From a virus (lineage: Duplodnaviria > Caudoviricetes), in IMG/VR virus record IMGVR_UViG_3300034127_000005, positions 34,293 to 98,292 of that record: a stretch of DNA of 64,000 nucleotides; one strand, written 5' to 3'. Positions 37,622 through 47,340 of this stretch are shown one piece after another (position 1 is the first letter of the stretch; the number at the start of each line of letters is the position of its first letter). Made by a program: the position numbers and the translations under genes. The notes under the pieces are model-generated. The model saw only the letters and a list, made by a program, of their open reading frames with translations. It was not told the DNA's origin and searched no databases.

Positions 37622-37722
37622 TCTGGCTATTCGGATTGATCACAGGCTTAGCCTTCGACTTGCCAGCATGGTATTGGATCATGGGATTCTTCATGGCATT
37701 ACTGACAACCCCAATTGAATAA
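37618..37722 (+). CDS. Small hydrophobic peptide (34 aa)
   Basis: Not in ORF track; ATGA overlap; MIWLFGLITGLAFDLPAWYWIMGFFMALLTTPIE. Confidence 0.5.
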   Translation: MIWLFGLITGLAFDLPAWYWIMGFFMALLTTPIE

Positions 37723-37732
37723 GGAGAGCAAC

Positions 37733-38005
37733 ATGACTGAAGAAGTACAACGCGTTACCCTCACAGAACAACAACTGGCTGATCGTTTGGTAGAGCTGAT
37801 GACTGACGCACTTAAAACTGCTGCTGACATCAAACAAATCAAAGCTGATGCAAAATTCCACAAGGATAAAAACCCAACTGGCATTCCAGCGGCTGATGTG
37901 GCCCTGATTGCGAGTGCGGCAAAGATCGAAGCGAATCTCGCCTTTGACGAGTTCAAAGAAAAGAACGCTGCCGTAACAGCCAAATACACTGAGCTGTTCG
38001 ACTAA
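37733..38005 (+). CDS. Putative dsDNA-binding protein (T4 DsbA/GapR-like)
   Basis: Helical; DIKQIKADAK..GIP pattern resembles DIK..Y.EAK..G.D of GapR/DsbA. Confidence 0.45.
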   Translation: MTEEVQRVTLTEQQLADRLVELMTDALKTAADIKQIKADAKFHKDKNPTGIPAADVALIASAAKIEANLAFDEFKEKNAAVTAKYTELFD

Positions 38006-38062
38006 TAATTAGAAAGACCATCTGGCGCCCTTGTGGCGCCATTCTTGTTTATGGAGGCTGAT

Positions 38063-39097
38063 ATGACAGAAGAGGTAATCGGAATCTTGGATGCTGACAG
38101 TATTGCTTATAAAGCGGCTGCTGCCAACGAAGTTAAATCCATCAAATCGAAGCACATTGAGAAAGGTGTGATCGAAGAGTGGAAGAACCGCACTGAGTTC
38201 AAGAAGTATTTGGCAACAACCGATCATACAATTGATATGTATGAAATCATCGATCATGCTGAACCCAAACATCTTAGCTATGCACAGAGCACAGTGAGTT
38301 CAATGATTCAGAAAGCACAGAATGAAATGCGTGCAAACAAGCTGGAGATTTACATCTCTGGTAAGGATAACTTCCGAGATTTCATCCTACTCCCTCAAGC
38401 TTATGTGCAACAGAATGCAACGTACAGTACAATCGGTGGACGCTACAAGAGCAACCGTGACGGCACGGCACGTCCAGTGCTGCTAGGAGCCCTCAGACAG
38501 TGGATGATAGACGAGTTAGGAGCTGTTGTAGTAGATGGTATGGAAGTGGACGATATGTCGTCTATTCGAGCTTATGATGGCGCTAAGGGCAATCAGAAGA
38601 TCATCCAATACACATCTGACAAAGATGCTGGGCAATGTCATGGTTGGCTTCACAACCCAGATAAAGATGATAAGCCACGATTCATTACTGGACTTGGAGA
38701 GATTTATAAAGATGAGAAAGGAAAAGTGCGTGGTCATGGTCGGATGTTCCTATACTACCAAATTCTGGCTGGAGACAAGGTTGACGGGTATCGCCCAGTT
38801 GACATCCTTGACATCAAGACACAGAAAGCTGGCGGTGGAAAAGTACAATATGGTGACATCGCTGCACTCAACTGCCTGAAAGATTGCAAGACAGATAAAG
38901 AATGTTGGGAAGCTATTTACAAACAGTATCTTTCTTGGTATCCTGAGCCACTTCGTTACACAGCTTGCAATGATATCGACTACGATGCAGATGCCTTGAG
39001 CATTATGCAGATGTACGTTGACTGTGCATTCATGAAGCGTTGGGCTGATGATCGAATCATTGTGAAGAATGTCTTGACTAAGTTGGGCATTCTATGA
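38063..39097 (+). CDS. 5'-3' exonuclease (FEN/T7 gp6-like)
   Basis: ILDADSIAY, NFR, YKSNR, EVDD, SDKD, QILAGDKVDGY motifs. Confidence 0.88.
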   Translation: MTEEVIGILDADSIAYKAAAANEVKSIKSKHIEKGVIEEWKNRTEFKKYLATTDHTIDMYEIIDHAEPKHLSYAQSTVSSMIQKAQNEMRANKLEIYISGKDNFRDFILLPQAYVQQNATYSTIGGRYKSNRDGTARPVLLGALRQWMIDELGAVVVDGMEVDDMSSIRAYDGAKGNQKIIQYTSDKDAGQCHGWLHNPDKDDKPRFITGLGEIYKDEKGKVRGHGRMFLYYQILAGDKVDGYRPVDILDIKTQKAGGGKVQYGDIAALNCLKDCKTDKECWEAIYKQYLSWYPEPLRYTACNDIDYDADALSIMQMYVDCAFMKRWADDRIIVKNVLTKLGIL

Positions 39098-39255
39098 GAG
39101 ACTTCGAGTCTTGGTTTGAAGAGCTAGTTGAACTGGCATATGAGTCCTCTGGTCGAGTCGGGAAACTGGTTGACAGAGCGGCGTTTATGTACGAAGATTA
39201 CTTCGAGTTCGGAATGAGTCCTGCTGAAGCGTTGTTCGCTGAGTGGGGCATCTAA
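39094..39255 (+). CDS. Small acidic hypothetical protein (53 aa)
   Basis: Not in ORF track; ATGA and TAATG coupling; ends YFEFGMSPAEALFAEWGI. Confidence 0.6.
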   Translation: MRDFESWFEELVELAYESSGRVGKLVDRAAFMYEDYFEFGMSPAEALFAEWGI

Positions 39256-39803
39256 TGAATCAGCCGTGGATTGAATATCCTCATATCTGGAAGACTGAAG
39301 CGGCGTTCTTAAGCTTTGTTCGAGGGGGCATTCGCCGTGCCCTTTGGAACAAGAGCCCCATTAAGTTGGAGTTCTTGAAAGCTAATCGGAAACGGGTGAA
39401 GAATCCAGTTGCCAAGAATGCCGTAAGGTTCCCAGAAGTTTGGGGTGGTACGTGCTACCAATGTAAGAAAGATTTCGCACTAAAAGATATTGAGGTGGAT
39501 CACCTCACAGGAGAATACTCACTACGCAAGCTGGAAGACCTCCAGTCGTTTGTAGAGGGTATTGCGTGCGTGTCTGCAAAAGACCTCGGACTAATCTGCA
39601 AACCTTGCCACAAGGCTAAGACATACGCTGAACGTAGTGGTATGAGCCACGAAGACGCAATCATTGAGAAACAAGCGATTGTTATCTGTAAACTTCCTGT
39701 AAAAGAAGTGAGAACGTTTATCAGTGAGAATGGTATCGCCCCCGCCAGCACGGCTAAAGGCCGCAGAGCACAAATCGTAGACATTTTGAAAAGGAGTATT
39801 TAA
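39255..39803 (+). CDS. HNH endonuclease
   Basis: CYQC..EVDH..LICKPCHKAKT. Confidence 0.8.
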   Translation: MNQPWIEYPHIWKTEAAFLSFVRGGIRRALWNKSPIKLEFLKANRKRVKNPVAKNAVRFPEVWGGTCYQCKKDFALKDIEVDHLTGEYSLRKLEDLQSFVEGIACVSAKDLGLICKPCHKAKTYAERSGMSHEDAIIEKQAIVICKLPVKEVRTFISENGIAPASTAKGRRAQIVDILKRSI

Positions 39804-39997
39804 TGGACTTGCAACTAGCCATCCAGAGTTACATCTTCAGTTTGATGATGATGAATAAAATCCCAATGACTCAAGAAAGATTGTACTGGCTGAGAGCACG
39901 AGCTGAAAGCGCTTTCAATTATGAGCTAGGAGACTACGGAGTGGAAATCACTCCAGACCTAAATGATCGCAGTATTAAAGTGGAGGTTGTAAAATGA
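39803..39997 (+). CDS. Hypothetical protein
   Basis: Coupled start; SD aaggag. Confidence 0.6.
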   Translation: MDLQLAIQSYIFSLMMMNKIPMTQERLYWLRARAESAFNYELGDYGVEITPDLNDRSIKVEVVK

Positions 39998-40911
39998 GTA
40001 ATTGGAAACTAGAAGCACGTCAGTATTGGGAAGATGGTATGAGTCAGCGTCAGATTGCAAAACGTCTTGACGTACCCCGCTCCACCGTGGGAGACTACAT
40101 CCGCAAGCTTGGTAGTGTTCCTTACGATTCTGCCCCGTTGCTGGAAGGGCCAAAGATTCTGTTCATCGACATCGAAACCAAGCCGATTCTTGGGCATGTG
40201 TGGCGCTTGTGGGACCAGAACGTAGGACTGAATCAGATTCAAGAAGACTGGAGCATCCTGAGCTTCTGTGCTAAATGGAAAGGAACTGAAGAAGTTATCT
40301 ACATGGACTTGGAAGGTCAAGCAGACTTCGAAGATGATAGCATTCTGTTGGATAGCCTATGGCGTCTGCTGAATGAAGCTGACTTCGTTGTTGGTCAGAA
40401 CTCCAAACGTTTCGACGTGAAGAAAATCTTCGCACGGTTTATTCTGAATGGCCTACCAAAGCCTTCTCACTTCCGTCAGATTGACACAATGGAGATTGCC
40501 AAGCGTCAGTTTGGATTCACCAGCAACAAGCTTGAGTACATGACAGACAAGCTTTGCACCGTGTACAAGAAGAAGAAGCACCAAAGCTTCCCCGGTCACA
40601 CGTTGTGGGCTGAATGCTTGAAGGGTAATCCTCTCGCATGGGCTGAAATGAAAGACTATAACATCTACGACGTATTGTCACTGGAGGAACTATATGACAT
40701 CCTATCGAGCTGGGACGACAAGCTCCCGAACTTCGATGTTTATGTCGATGGTATTTTGGATATGTCTGTGTGGGTTGAGGATGGATTCCACTATAGTAAC
40801 TTTGGTAAGTACCAAAGATATCGTAATACCGAGACAGGTGTACAACGTCGTTCTCGTGTAAACGAGTTGAGCAAAGAAAAGCGTAAGACGCTGCTTTCCA
40901 ACATCATGTAA
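39994..40911 (+). CDS. HTH-fused DEDD/RNase H-like 3'-5' exonuclease
   Basis: N-terminal HTH SQRQIAKRLDVPRSTV; FIDIET, QNSKRFD, YNIYDV. Confidence 0.8.
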   Translation: MSNWKLEARQYWEDGMSQRQIAKRLDVPRSTVGDYIRKLGSVPYDSAPLLEGPKILFIDIETKPILGHVWRLWDQNVGLNQIQEDWSILSFCAKWKGTEEVIYMDLEGQADFEDDSILLDSLWRLLNEADFVVGQNSKRFDVKKIFARFILNGLPKPSHFRQIDTMEIAKRQFGFTSNKLEYMTDKLCTVYKKKKHQSFPGHTLWAECLKGNPLAWAEMKDYNIYDVLSLEELYDILSSWDDKLPNFDVYVDGILDMSVWVEDGFHYSNFGKYQRYRNTETGVQRRSRVNELSKEKRKTLLSNIM

Positions 40912-40918
40912 ATATCGT

Positions 40919-40954
40919 TTGACAATCAAGGGGTTAGCCAGTAGACTAGCCCCT
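40919..40954 (+). promoter_or_regulatory. sigma70-type promoter with inverted repeat
   Basis: TTGACA-N17-TAGACT; AGGGGTTAG/CTAGCCCCT. Confidence 0.75.
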
Positions 40955-40977
40955 CAATCTATAAAAGGAGAATCAAA

Positions 40978-41160
40978 ATGATGCAACTCATCGACCTACC
41001 AAAAGAATCTGACCAACTGAAGGCTGAAGTAATGCGCCTACTATTCGCAAGCTACGCCACTGACGACCGTACCTTTGATGGTAACGAAACATTCGAAGCG
41101 TTGCCTATCGTTCTGCGTGAAGTCGCAGATATCTTCGACCAAATCACTGCGGAGGGTTAA
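40978..41160 (+). CDS. Hypothetical protein
   Basis: SD aaggag. Confidence 0.65.
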   Translation: MMQLIDLPKESDQLKAEVMRLLFASYATDDRTFDGNETFEALPIVLREVADIFDQITAEG

Positions 41161-41162
41161 TC

Positions 41163-41375
41163 ATGGAAGCTAGAGATTTTGTATATTGGATGCAGGGCGC
41201 TCTGGAATTGGGTCAGCTTAAAGAGCTGAATGAAACTCAAGTCAAGATTGTTCAAGACCATCTGAACTTGGTTCTGAAGAAAGTCACTCCAACCTATAAC
41301 ACCCCACAAATGCCTAGTATTGGTATCCGCCCATTTGCACCGGGTCAACATCAAATTCATGATGCGGTGTGCTAA
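41163..41375 (+). CDS. Hypothetical protein
   Basis: FVYWMQG..E..IVQDHLNLVL.KVTP pattern common in phages. Confidence 0.65.
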   Translation: MEARDFVYWMQGALELGQLKELNETQVKIVQDHLNLVLKKVTPTYNTPQMPSIGIRPFAPGQHQIHDAVC

Positions 41376-41581
41376 TGGCTGAGAATATCGAGGCACTAGC
41401 AAGCGAGGTTGTGGATCAAGCGGCCTACGAGCGTCTACAAGAGTTTGTGCTGAGTGAATTCCCCGACGACAAACTCATGCAAGGATATCTATGCATGCGT
41501 GTCCTGTCCGCTCAATTAGAGCGTCTGATGGGCATTCCATTCGTGCAGGTTGAAATTGATTTTGAAGGAGGTGAAGAATGA
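41375..41581 (+). CDS. Hypothetical protein
   Basis: TAATG coupling. Confidence 0.6.
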   Translation: MAENIEALASEVVDQAAYERLQEFVLSEFPDDKLMQGYLCMRVLSAQLERLMGIPFVQVEIDFEGGEE

Positions 41582-42138
41582 GACCAACTAAAGAGCAACT
41601 GATGAGCATGCCTAACGGTACAGCGGTTCGTGTCCTCTCCGACATGCTGAACAAGTATGAAGAGGGAGACATCATCTTCCGACTGAAAAATCCCGAGGAT
41701 GATTACGATTCGTGTAAATTTACTAATGAGTTTGGAGTGGAAAACTTCATGCAGGCTCAGGAAGTCGAGCTGATCGAAGAGCATCGTGTCTGTGGCACTA
41801 TCGCACGGCCTGTACTTGAAGAGCGTAAGGTTGGCAAGATCGCAATCGAACTTTTTGATGAAGGCTTCCCGAATGCTGTAATGGCTATCGGTGAAGTGAT
41901 GACATGGGCTGCCGAGAACAAAGGCTACAAACCTCATGACTGGAAGAACCTTCCAAACCCTGATACTGCCTTCCTCGCTGCTGGCTCTCGACACCGCATG
42001 AAGCGTCACATTCAACGTGCCGATGGTGTCAATCATATTGATTGTGTAGACGAAGAGTCCAACCTGTTGCACTTGGCACACGAAGCCTTCAATGTGTTGG
42101 CTCAGCTTGAGCTGGTAATCACAAATCGTATTCAATAA
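41578..42138 (+). CDS. dATP/dGTP diphosphohydrolase domain protein (DUF5664-like)
   Basis: VMTWAA..KGY..DWK..AAGSRH..DEESNLLHLAH motif. Confidence 0.7.
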   Translation: MRPTKEQLMSMPNGTAVRVLSDMLNKYEEGDIIFRLKNPEDDYDSCKFTNEFGVENFMQAQEVELIEEHRVCGTIARPVLEERKVGKIAIELFDEGFPNAVMAIGEVMTWAAENKGYKPHDWKNLPNPDTAFLAAGSRHRMKRHIQRADGVNHIDCVDEESNLLHLAHEAFNVLAQLELVITNRIQ

Positions 42139-42141
42139 GGC

Positions 42142-42187
42142 TTGACGTGAATCTGGATGTGGAGTAGAATTACTCCCATCCAATCAC
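42142..42187 (+). promoter_or_regulatory. sigma70-type promoter inside a long hairpin
   Basis: TTGACG-N17-TAGAAT; TGGATG.GGAGTA-GAAT-TACTCC.CATCCA. Confidence 0.75.
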
Positions 42188-42203
42188 ATAAGGAGGTAAT
42201 GTC

Positions 42204-43178
42204 GTGTCCGCAATAGATTTCACATCTGGGATTACAGCGAAAATCATAGCCTATTCACGGGCTCCAAACGGACAATTGATCGTCACGTTTGAAATCGAAT
42301 ATCAACGGTTCATCCACGGTGAACTAATGACCCATCGTCTTTTCAGTCGCAACGCTGCAAGCTCTCGGGCTATCCCTGTTGCAACAATCATCAAACAAGT
42401 GCGGGATAACCCCGCGACACCGATTCATTGGGGTAAAAACCAATCTGGCATGCAAGCCAAAGAACAACTGAAAGGCAATAGCCTATATGATGTTCAAGAG
42501 TTGTGGCTTGAAGCTGCATGGCGTGCTGCTCACGTAGCTGAACTTATGAGCGAAGAAGGCTGCCACAAACAAGTGGCTAACCGCATTCTTGAACCATTCC
42601 AATGGATGAAGACCGTAGTTACAGCGACGTGCTTTGAGAATTGGTTCTGGCTTCGTGACCATGCTGACGCACAACCTGAAATTCGTGCATTGGCTGTTGC
42701 CATGCTTGAGCAACTTGATTCGCACACTCCGTCTGACTTGAAGCCGGGTGAGTGGCATGTTCCGTATGTCGAGACAACTAAAGACTTTGCTGGTAAGATC
42801 ATGTATGTTGGTGAGTCTACCAAAGACGATCCACTTGCAGTGCCTGATGTTGACACAGACCGTTACATGCGAATCTACACACTTGAAGAAGCTCTGGCTA
42901 TCTCTTCTAGCTGCTGTGCCCAAGTGAGTTACCGTAAGCTGGATGATACACTTGAAAAGGCTCAGATGGTGTACAAGCGCCTCGTGGACAGTGAACCTGT
43001 GCATGCCTCACCATTCGAACACCAAGCAACTCCAATGAAACGTAATGCTGACTTCCGAAACAAGGGAATCACACACAAAGATCGTGCTGGTCACTTCTGG
43101 AGCGGTAACTTTATCGGATGGATTCAGCACCGTCAACTCATTCAAAATAACGTAGCTCCACGCCGTAAGGGGAAATAA
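42204..43178 (+). CDS. thyX: Flavin-dependent thymidylate synthase
   Basis: ELMTHRLFSRNAASSRA motif; HKQVANRILEP; HASPFEH. Confidence 0.9.
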   Translation: MSAIDFTSGITAKIIAYSRAPNGQLIVTFEIEYQRFIHGELMTHRLFSRNAASSRAIPVATIIKQVRDNPATPIHWGKNQSGMQAKEQLKGNSLYDVQELWLEAAWRAAHVAELMSEEGCHKQVANRILEPFQWMKTVVTATCFENWFWLRDHADAQPEIRALAVAMLEQLDSHTPSDLKPGEWHVPYVETTKDFAGKIMYVGESTKDDPLAVPDVDTDRYMRIYTLEEALAISSSCCAQVSYRKLDDTLEKAQMVYKRLVDSEPVHASPFEHQATPMKRNADFRNKGITHKDRAGHFWSGNFIGWIQHRQLIQNNVAPRRKGK

Positions 43179-43179
43179 C

Positions 43180-43551
43180 ATGCAACGAAATATCGCAGAA
43201 GGTAGTCGCGAAACAGATTACAATTTGAGCTTCCATGATCTATTCCTTGTGGATGGATTCAAAGAGGCTTATGAAAGCCAGAACGTTAAAGTGTTTGAAG
43301 CAATCCTCAAGACCAACGGTATGGAAGTTGATCTTGGTTATGAGTTAGTTGCTAGCACACACCGAACAATCAACAACATCCTTTACACAGGTATTCGAGT
43401 GCAAGGCTTTGAACGTACTGATCCGGCTTGGATTGCTACAGGTTGTGCAAGTATTGATGCTCAGATTCGTTCTGTCAAAGATGCTGAAGTAAGAACACAC
43501 CTTCGTCGCATGAGCTACGTTGGAACACAAGACAAGATGATTGAGGACTGA
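43180..43551 (+). CDS. Hypothetical protein
   Basis: ORF between thyX and nrdA. Confidence 0.65.
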   Translation: MQRNIAEGSRETDYNLSFHDLFLVDGFKEAYESQNVKVFEAILKTNGMEVDLGYELVASTHRTINNILYTGIRVQGFERTDPAWIATGCASIDAQIRSVKDAEVRTHLRRMSYVGTQDKMIED

Positions 43552-43583
43552 AGTCCTCTGTATTTCAGACTAAGGAGTATTAC

Positions 43584-45431
43584 TTGACACACGAAGCCCA
43601 ATATCTAGGAATTACCATTGACTACAGCCGTGACCGGAACATCCCCGAACAAGGCTTGGCAATGCTCACAGGTAAGGGCTTCTACAAACGTGAACACGAG
43701 AACAGTCCGCAGGAAACCATCGCACGTATGGCGACCTGCTTCTCGTTCGGTGACTATGCCTTTGCTCAGCGTATCTACGATTACGCGAGCAAGCAACACT
43801 TTGTAGGAGCTTCCCCTGTACAATCAAACGCTGTAGACATCATCTGGCCTGAATTCCGTGAGGATCAGTTTCAAGAAGCTGGGGACTGGCTCGAAGCTAA
43901 CGTCAAACCAGACGGTATGCCTATCTCTTGCTTCCTGAGTATGATTGCAGACTCTAAGGAGGGTCTGAGAGAGGCGCTGGCTGAATCTCTTGAGCTGAGC
44001 ATGGTTGGGGGTGGCGTCGGCCTCTATGCGGCTCAGAGAGCCCCAGATGAGAAGTCTACTGGCATCATGGCACACAGCAAGGTGTATGACGCTGTAACGA
44101 TTGCCTATCGACAGAGCCGAACCCGACGTGGTAGTATGGCAATGTACGCTGATGACAGCCACCCAGAGATTCGTCCATTTCTCCAGATGCGGAACCCGAG
44201 TGGTGGTAGTCCAGATCAGAAAGCATTCAACCTAAACAACGGCTTGAACGTTACAGACGCATTCATGCATGCTGTGATCAAGGGTGAGCAATGGGAGCTG
44301 ATCGATCCGAAGCATGGTCCAACTGGTCGCTTCGAGAACGCTCGTGAGTTGTGGGATGAGTTGATGGATGTCCGCAAGGATACCGGCGAGCCTTACATGT
44401 TGTTCATCAACACTGTAAACCGTAACTTGCCAAAGCAGATTACAAACCCACGTTACCAAGTTCACCAGTCTAACTTGTGTTCTGAAATCACGCTGAGAAC
44501 ATCGTTCAAGCGTACCGCTGTGTGCTGCCTGTCTTCGCCAAACGCTGACAAGTTCCATGAGTGGAAAGACACCAACATGATCGCTGACCTTGTTCGCTTC
44601 TTGGACAACGTGCTAGAATACTTCATTCGTCTTGCTCCTAAGAGTCTGAAGCGTGCTATCCACTCTGCTCGTAAAGAGCGGGCACTGGGTATTGGATTGA
44701 TGGGATGGCACTCGTACCTACAACGTAATAGTATTCCGTTCGAAAGCGGTGGTTTCAACAGCAACATTCAACACACGAATATGGTACACTCTCACATGAA
44801 GCGTCAAGCTCATGCAGAAAGCCTACGTCTGGGTGCTCTGAGAGGTGAGGCACCTGATTGCGAAGGCTCCGGCTACCGTAATAGTCACTTGTTCGCAATC
44901 GCCCCTAACGCATCTTCTAGCTCGTTGGTGAACGTGTCCCCGAGTCGTGAGCCTTGGGCTGGCCTGTGCTTTAACGCTCAAGGTCGTGCTGGATCATACT
45001 TGATTAAGAACCCGCACTTCGAGAAGTTGTTGCAGGCGTATGGTCAAGACACACCAGAAGTTTGGAAGCAAGTGATGTTGGATGAAGGTTGTCAGAATCT
45101 AGACTTCCTGAGTGAACACGATAAGCTGGTATTCAAGACTATCCGTGAAATCAATCCGATGTGGATCATTGAAGCTGCTGCTGCTGCACAGCCTCATATC
45201 TGCCAAAGCCAGAGCGTGAACATTTATGTTCGTCCTGATATCACACGTCAGGAAATGACGGATATTCACATCTTTGCTTGGGCCAAAGGCTTGAAGAGCT
45301 TATACTACTGCCGTTCTTCGGCTGGTACAAAGGTGAAATTAGGTGACGGTGGTGACAAGCCATTGAACGCTGCACCTGTGAAGTTCAAGATTGAGTTCAA
45401 TCAAGAGACGTGCCTTTCGTGTGAGGGCTAA
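43584..45431 (+). CDS. nrdA: Ribonucleotide reductase class Ia alpha subunit
   Basis: PISCFL, SNLCSEI, VCCLSS, AIAPNASSS, KSLYYCR, C-terminal CLSCEG; no ATP cone. Confidence 0.95.
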   Translation: MTHEAQYLGITIDYSRDRNIPEQGLAMLTGKGFYKREHENSPQETIARMATCFSFGDYAFAQRIYDYASKQHFVGASPVQSNAVDIIWPEFREDQFQEAGDWLEANVKPDGMPISCFLSMIADSKEGLREALAESLELSMVGGGVGLYAAQRAPDEKSTGIMAHSKVYDAVTIAYRQSRTRRGSMAMYADDSHPEIRPFLQMRNPSGGSPDQKAFNLNNGLNVTDAFMHAVIKGEQWELIDPKHGPTGRFENARELWDELMDVRKDTGEPYMLFINTVNRNLPKQITNPRYQVHQSNLCSEITLRTSFKRTAVCCLSSPNADKFHEWKDTNMIADLVRFLDNVLEYFIRLAPKSLKRAIHSARKERALGIGLMGWHSYLQRNSIPFESGGFNSNIQHTNMVHSHMKRQAHAESLRLGALRGEAPDCEGSGYRNSHLFAIAPNASSSSLVNVSPSREPWAGLCFNAQGRAGSYLIKNPHFEKLLQAYGQDTPEVWKQVMLDEGCQNLDFLSEHDKLVFKTIREINPMWIIEAAAAAQPHICQSQSVNIYVRPDITRQEMTDIHIFAWAKGLKSLYYCRSSAGTKVKLGDGGDKPLNAAPVKFKIEFNQETCLSCEG

Positions 45432-45436
45432 TTGAA

Positions 45437-45456
45437 GGGGCTTCGGTCCCTGTTTT
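45437..45456 (+). terminator. UUCG hairpin/weak terminator between nrdA and nrdB
   Basis: GGGGC-TTCG-GTCCC-TGTTTT. Confidence 0.55.
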
Positions 45457-45466
45457 AAGGAGAATT

Positions 45467-46480
45467 ATGAGTATTTTTGTAGAGAGCAAGGCATATCGTC
45501 CTTTCACTTATCCTTGGGCTGCTGAAGCGTCTAAACGCCAGAGCCAAGAGCTGTACTGGCACACAGGACAAATTCAAATGGTTGACGACGTTGCACAGTA
45601 TCATAGTGCTGACGGCCTGAAGACCAAGACAGTTTCACACGATGTAAACAAGTACATCATCAAAACCCTACTGTGTATGTTCACTGAGCTAGACCGTACA
45701 GTAGCAACGGGTTACAGTAACATCATCAATTACGTGAAGAACAACGAGATTCGTAATGTTCTGATTGAACAGATGGCTAAAGAGGTAATGCACCAACGGG
45801 GTTATGCTCTTGCTGCTGAGAACTTTGGTTTCTCTGATAGTGAGTGGTCTGGTTTCCTTGAGTATAAGGAAATGCGGGACAAGATCGACGCCATGAGTGA
45901 GACTCTACATGAGCCGACAGACCGTGATGAATTCAAGTTTGCTGTGGGACTTGGTCAGATTCTATTGGGGGAAGGGCAAGGCTTGTACGCTGCCTTCATG
46001 TGCCTTCTGAACTACAAGCGTTCTGGCATCATCATGGGCTTCAACGACGTCAACCAATGGTCACTGACTGATGAACAGGAACACGTAGAGAATAACATCC
46101 GCATTCTGGCCCACGCACGTCAAGATTTGACTGAGGTTGAGAACGAACGTCTGGATCGTATTCTGCGTGCCACTGCCCGCAAGTATAAGGAAGCTGAGCT
46201 GCGTCTGATCGACTTAATCTTTATGCATGGCGAGCAGGAAGACTTGACCAAGGAACAGGCTTACGAGTACATGGAGTTCCTTGAAGAGCTGCGTCTGAAT
46301 GAGCTTGGCCTTCGTAGTCGTGTACGCCCAAACCCTCTGGAATGGATGGATTGGATGCTCTCTGGAGCCCGTCAAGACAACTTCTTTGAGAAGAAAGTGA
46401 CTGACTACTCTCACACTGGCTTGCCGGGTGAAGTGGATTACACAAGATATTCGCATTTGGTGGTTGACACAAAGCTGTAA
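45467..46480 (+). CDS. nrdB: Ribonucleotide reductase class Ia beta subunit
   Basis: Metal ligands TELD, EVMH..Y, GEG, DEQEH; NFFEKKVTDY tail. Confidence 0.93.
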   Translation: MSIFVESKAYRPFTYPWAAEASKRQSQELYWHTGQIQMVDDVAQYHSADGLKTKTVSHDVNKYIIKTLLCMFTELDRTVATGYSNIINYVKNNEIRNVLIEQMAKEVMHQRGYALAAENFGFSDSEWSGFLEYKEMRDKIDAMSETLHEPTDRDEFKFAVGLGQILLGEGQGLYAAFMCLLNYKRSGIIMGFNDVNQWSLTDEQEHVENNIRILAHARQDLTEVENERLDRILRATARKYKEAELRLIDLIFMHGEQEDLTKEQAYEYMEFLEELRLNELGLRSRVRPNPLEWMDWMLSGARQDNFFEKKVTDYSHTGLPGEVDYTRYSHLVVDTKL

Positions 46481-46525
46481 ACCTGTAGAATGGCCTCCAT
46501 CGCTTAGCAGCCTTGGAGGCTTTTT
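46464..46525 (+). promoter_or_regulatory. sigma70 promoter overlapping nrdB end and its terminator
   Basis: TTGACA-N16-TAGAAT (46464-46491) abutting GGCCTCCA..TGGAGGCT-TTTT. Confidence 0.7.
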
Positions 46526-46526
46526 C

Positions 46527-46739
46527 ATGTATTACATCCGCACTGATACAGGCATTATGATTGCAAAGGTTGACAACGTTGTAGCAGGGTGTATGATGCG
46601 CCAATGTAAGGGTGAATGGGTCGAGAAGAAATTCACCACAGGAGCTAAACCAGTGTACGTCTTCATCGAAGATTTCACATATGGTGACTCAATTATCAAG
46701 CTCTGCCTCTGGGTAGGCTTCTATCTAGTAAAGGAGTAA
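46527..46739 (+). CDS. Hypothetical protein
   Basis: ATG 46527 with SD ggagg. Confidence 0.55.
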   Translation: MYYIRTDTGIMIAKVDNVVAGCMMRQCKGEWVEKKFTTGAKPVYVFIEDFTYGDSIIKLCLWVGFYLVKE

Positions 46740-46742
46740 AGA

Positions 46743-47042
46743 ATGTTGAAGCCGATTACCCGAGAAGAAGTGAACGCAGCCAAAGCTGAACGGGGATTCC
46801 CCGACTTCGTGATCCAAGCATTCAACGAATGCATTCTCGAAGCTAAGATCAAAAACACAACCACTGTAAAGCAAGACGATGTGATTGCGAAGATTGTAGC
46901 TGCAAGTGGTGAAACTCGGAGTTCGATCTACGAAAAGCATTGGCTTGATGTTGAAGACCATTATCGTGCTGCTGGATGGATTGTTACTTACACTAAGCCA
47001 GCTTACAATGAGTTTTTCGAAGCTTACTTTACTTTCAAATAG
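46743..47042 (+). CDS. Hypothetical protein
   Basis: PDFVIQAFN..WLDVEDHYRAAGW.V.Y.KP pattern common in phages. Confidence 0.7.
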   Translation: MLKPITREEVNAAKAERGFPDFVIQAFNECILEAKIKNTTTVKQDDVIAKIVAASGETRSSIYEKHWLDVEDHYRAAGWIVTYTKPAYNEFFEAYFTFK

Positions 47043-47051
47043 GAGTTGACA

Positions 47052-47183
47052 ATGTTAGTAGTACAATGTATCCTTTGGGTCACAAATATGGCTCTGGCTT
47101 GCTCTGACAGTAACCGTATCTGGCCTGCGAACTTGTTCGCAGCTCTGTTCATCACTGCAACAGTTGCAAGTCAGGGGTTGTAA
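47052..47183 (+). CDS. Small membrane protein (43 aa)
   Basis: Not in ORF track; SD aggag; hydrophobic. Confidence 0.5.
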   Translation: MLVVQCILWVTNMALACSDSNRIWPANLFAALFITATVASQGL

Positions 47184-47329
47184 TGATTGTATTCATCATC
47201 GGATTCATCTTGACCATGCTGAACAGTAATGGTATCCTGCTGTCCCCTGAGAAGTACATCCCACTGCACTGGATCGGTATTATCGTAGGCTGCTTGCTAA
47301 TGGCACAGTCTGTAAATCAATTAGTTTAA
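47183..47329 (+). CDS. Small membrane protein (48 aa)
   Basis: Not in ORF track; TAATG coupling; two hydrophobic segments. Confidence 0.5.
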   Translation: MIVFIIGFILTMLNSNGILLSPEKYIPLHWIGIIVGCLLMAQSVNQLV

Positions 47330-47340
47330 GGAGGATTCAA

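Noticed and set aside
41578-42138. 2-aminoadenine (dZ) genome pathway
   Set aside because: No purZ or datZ in the window; DUF5664 alone is not sufficient evidence
32614-46480. Introns or inteins in DNA polymerase or nrdAB
   Set aside because: ORFs are continuous, of normal length, and show no intein splice motifs
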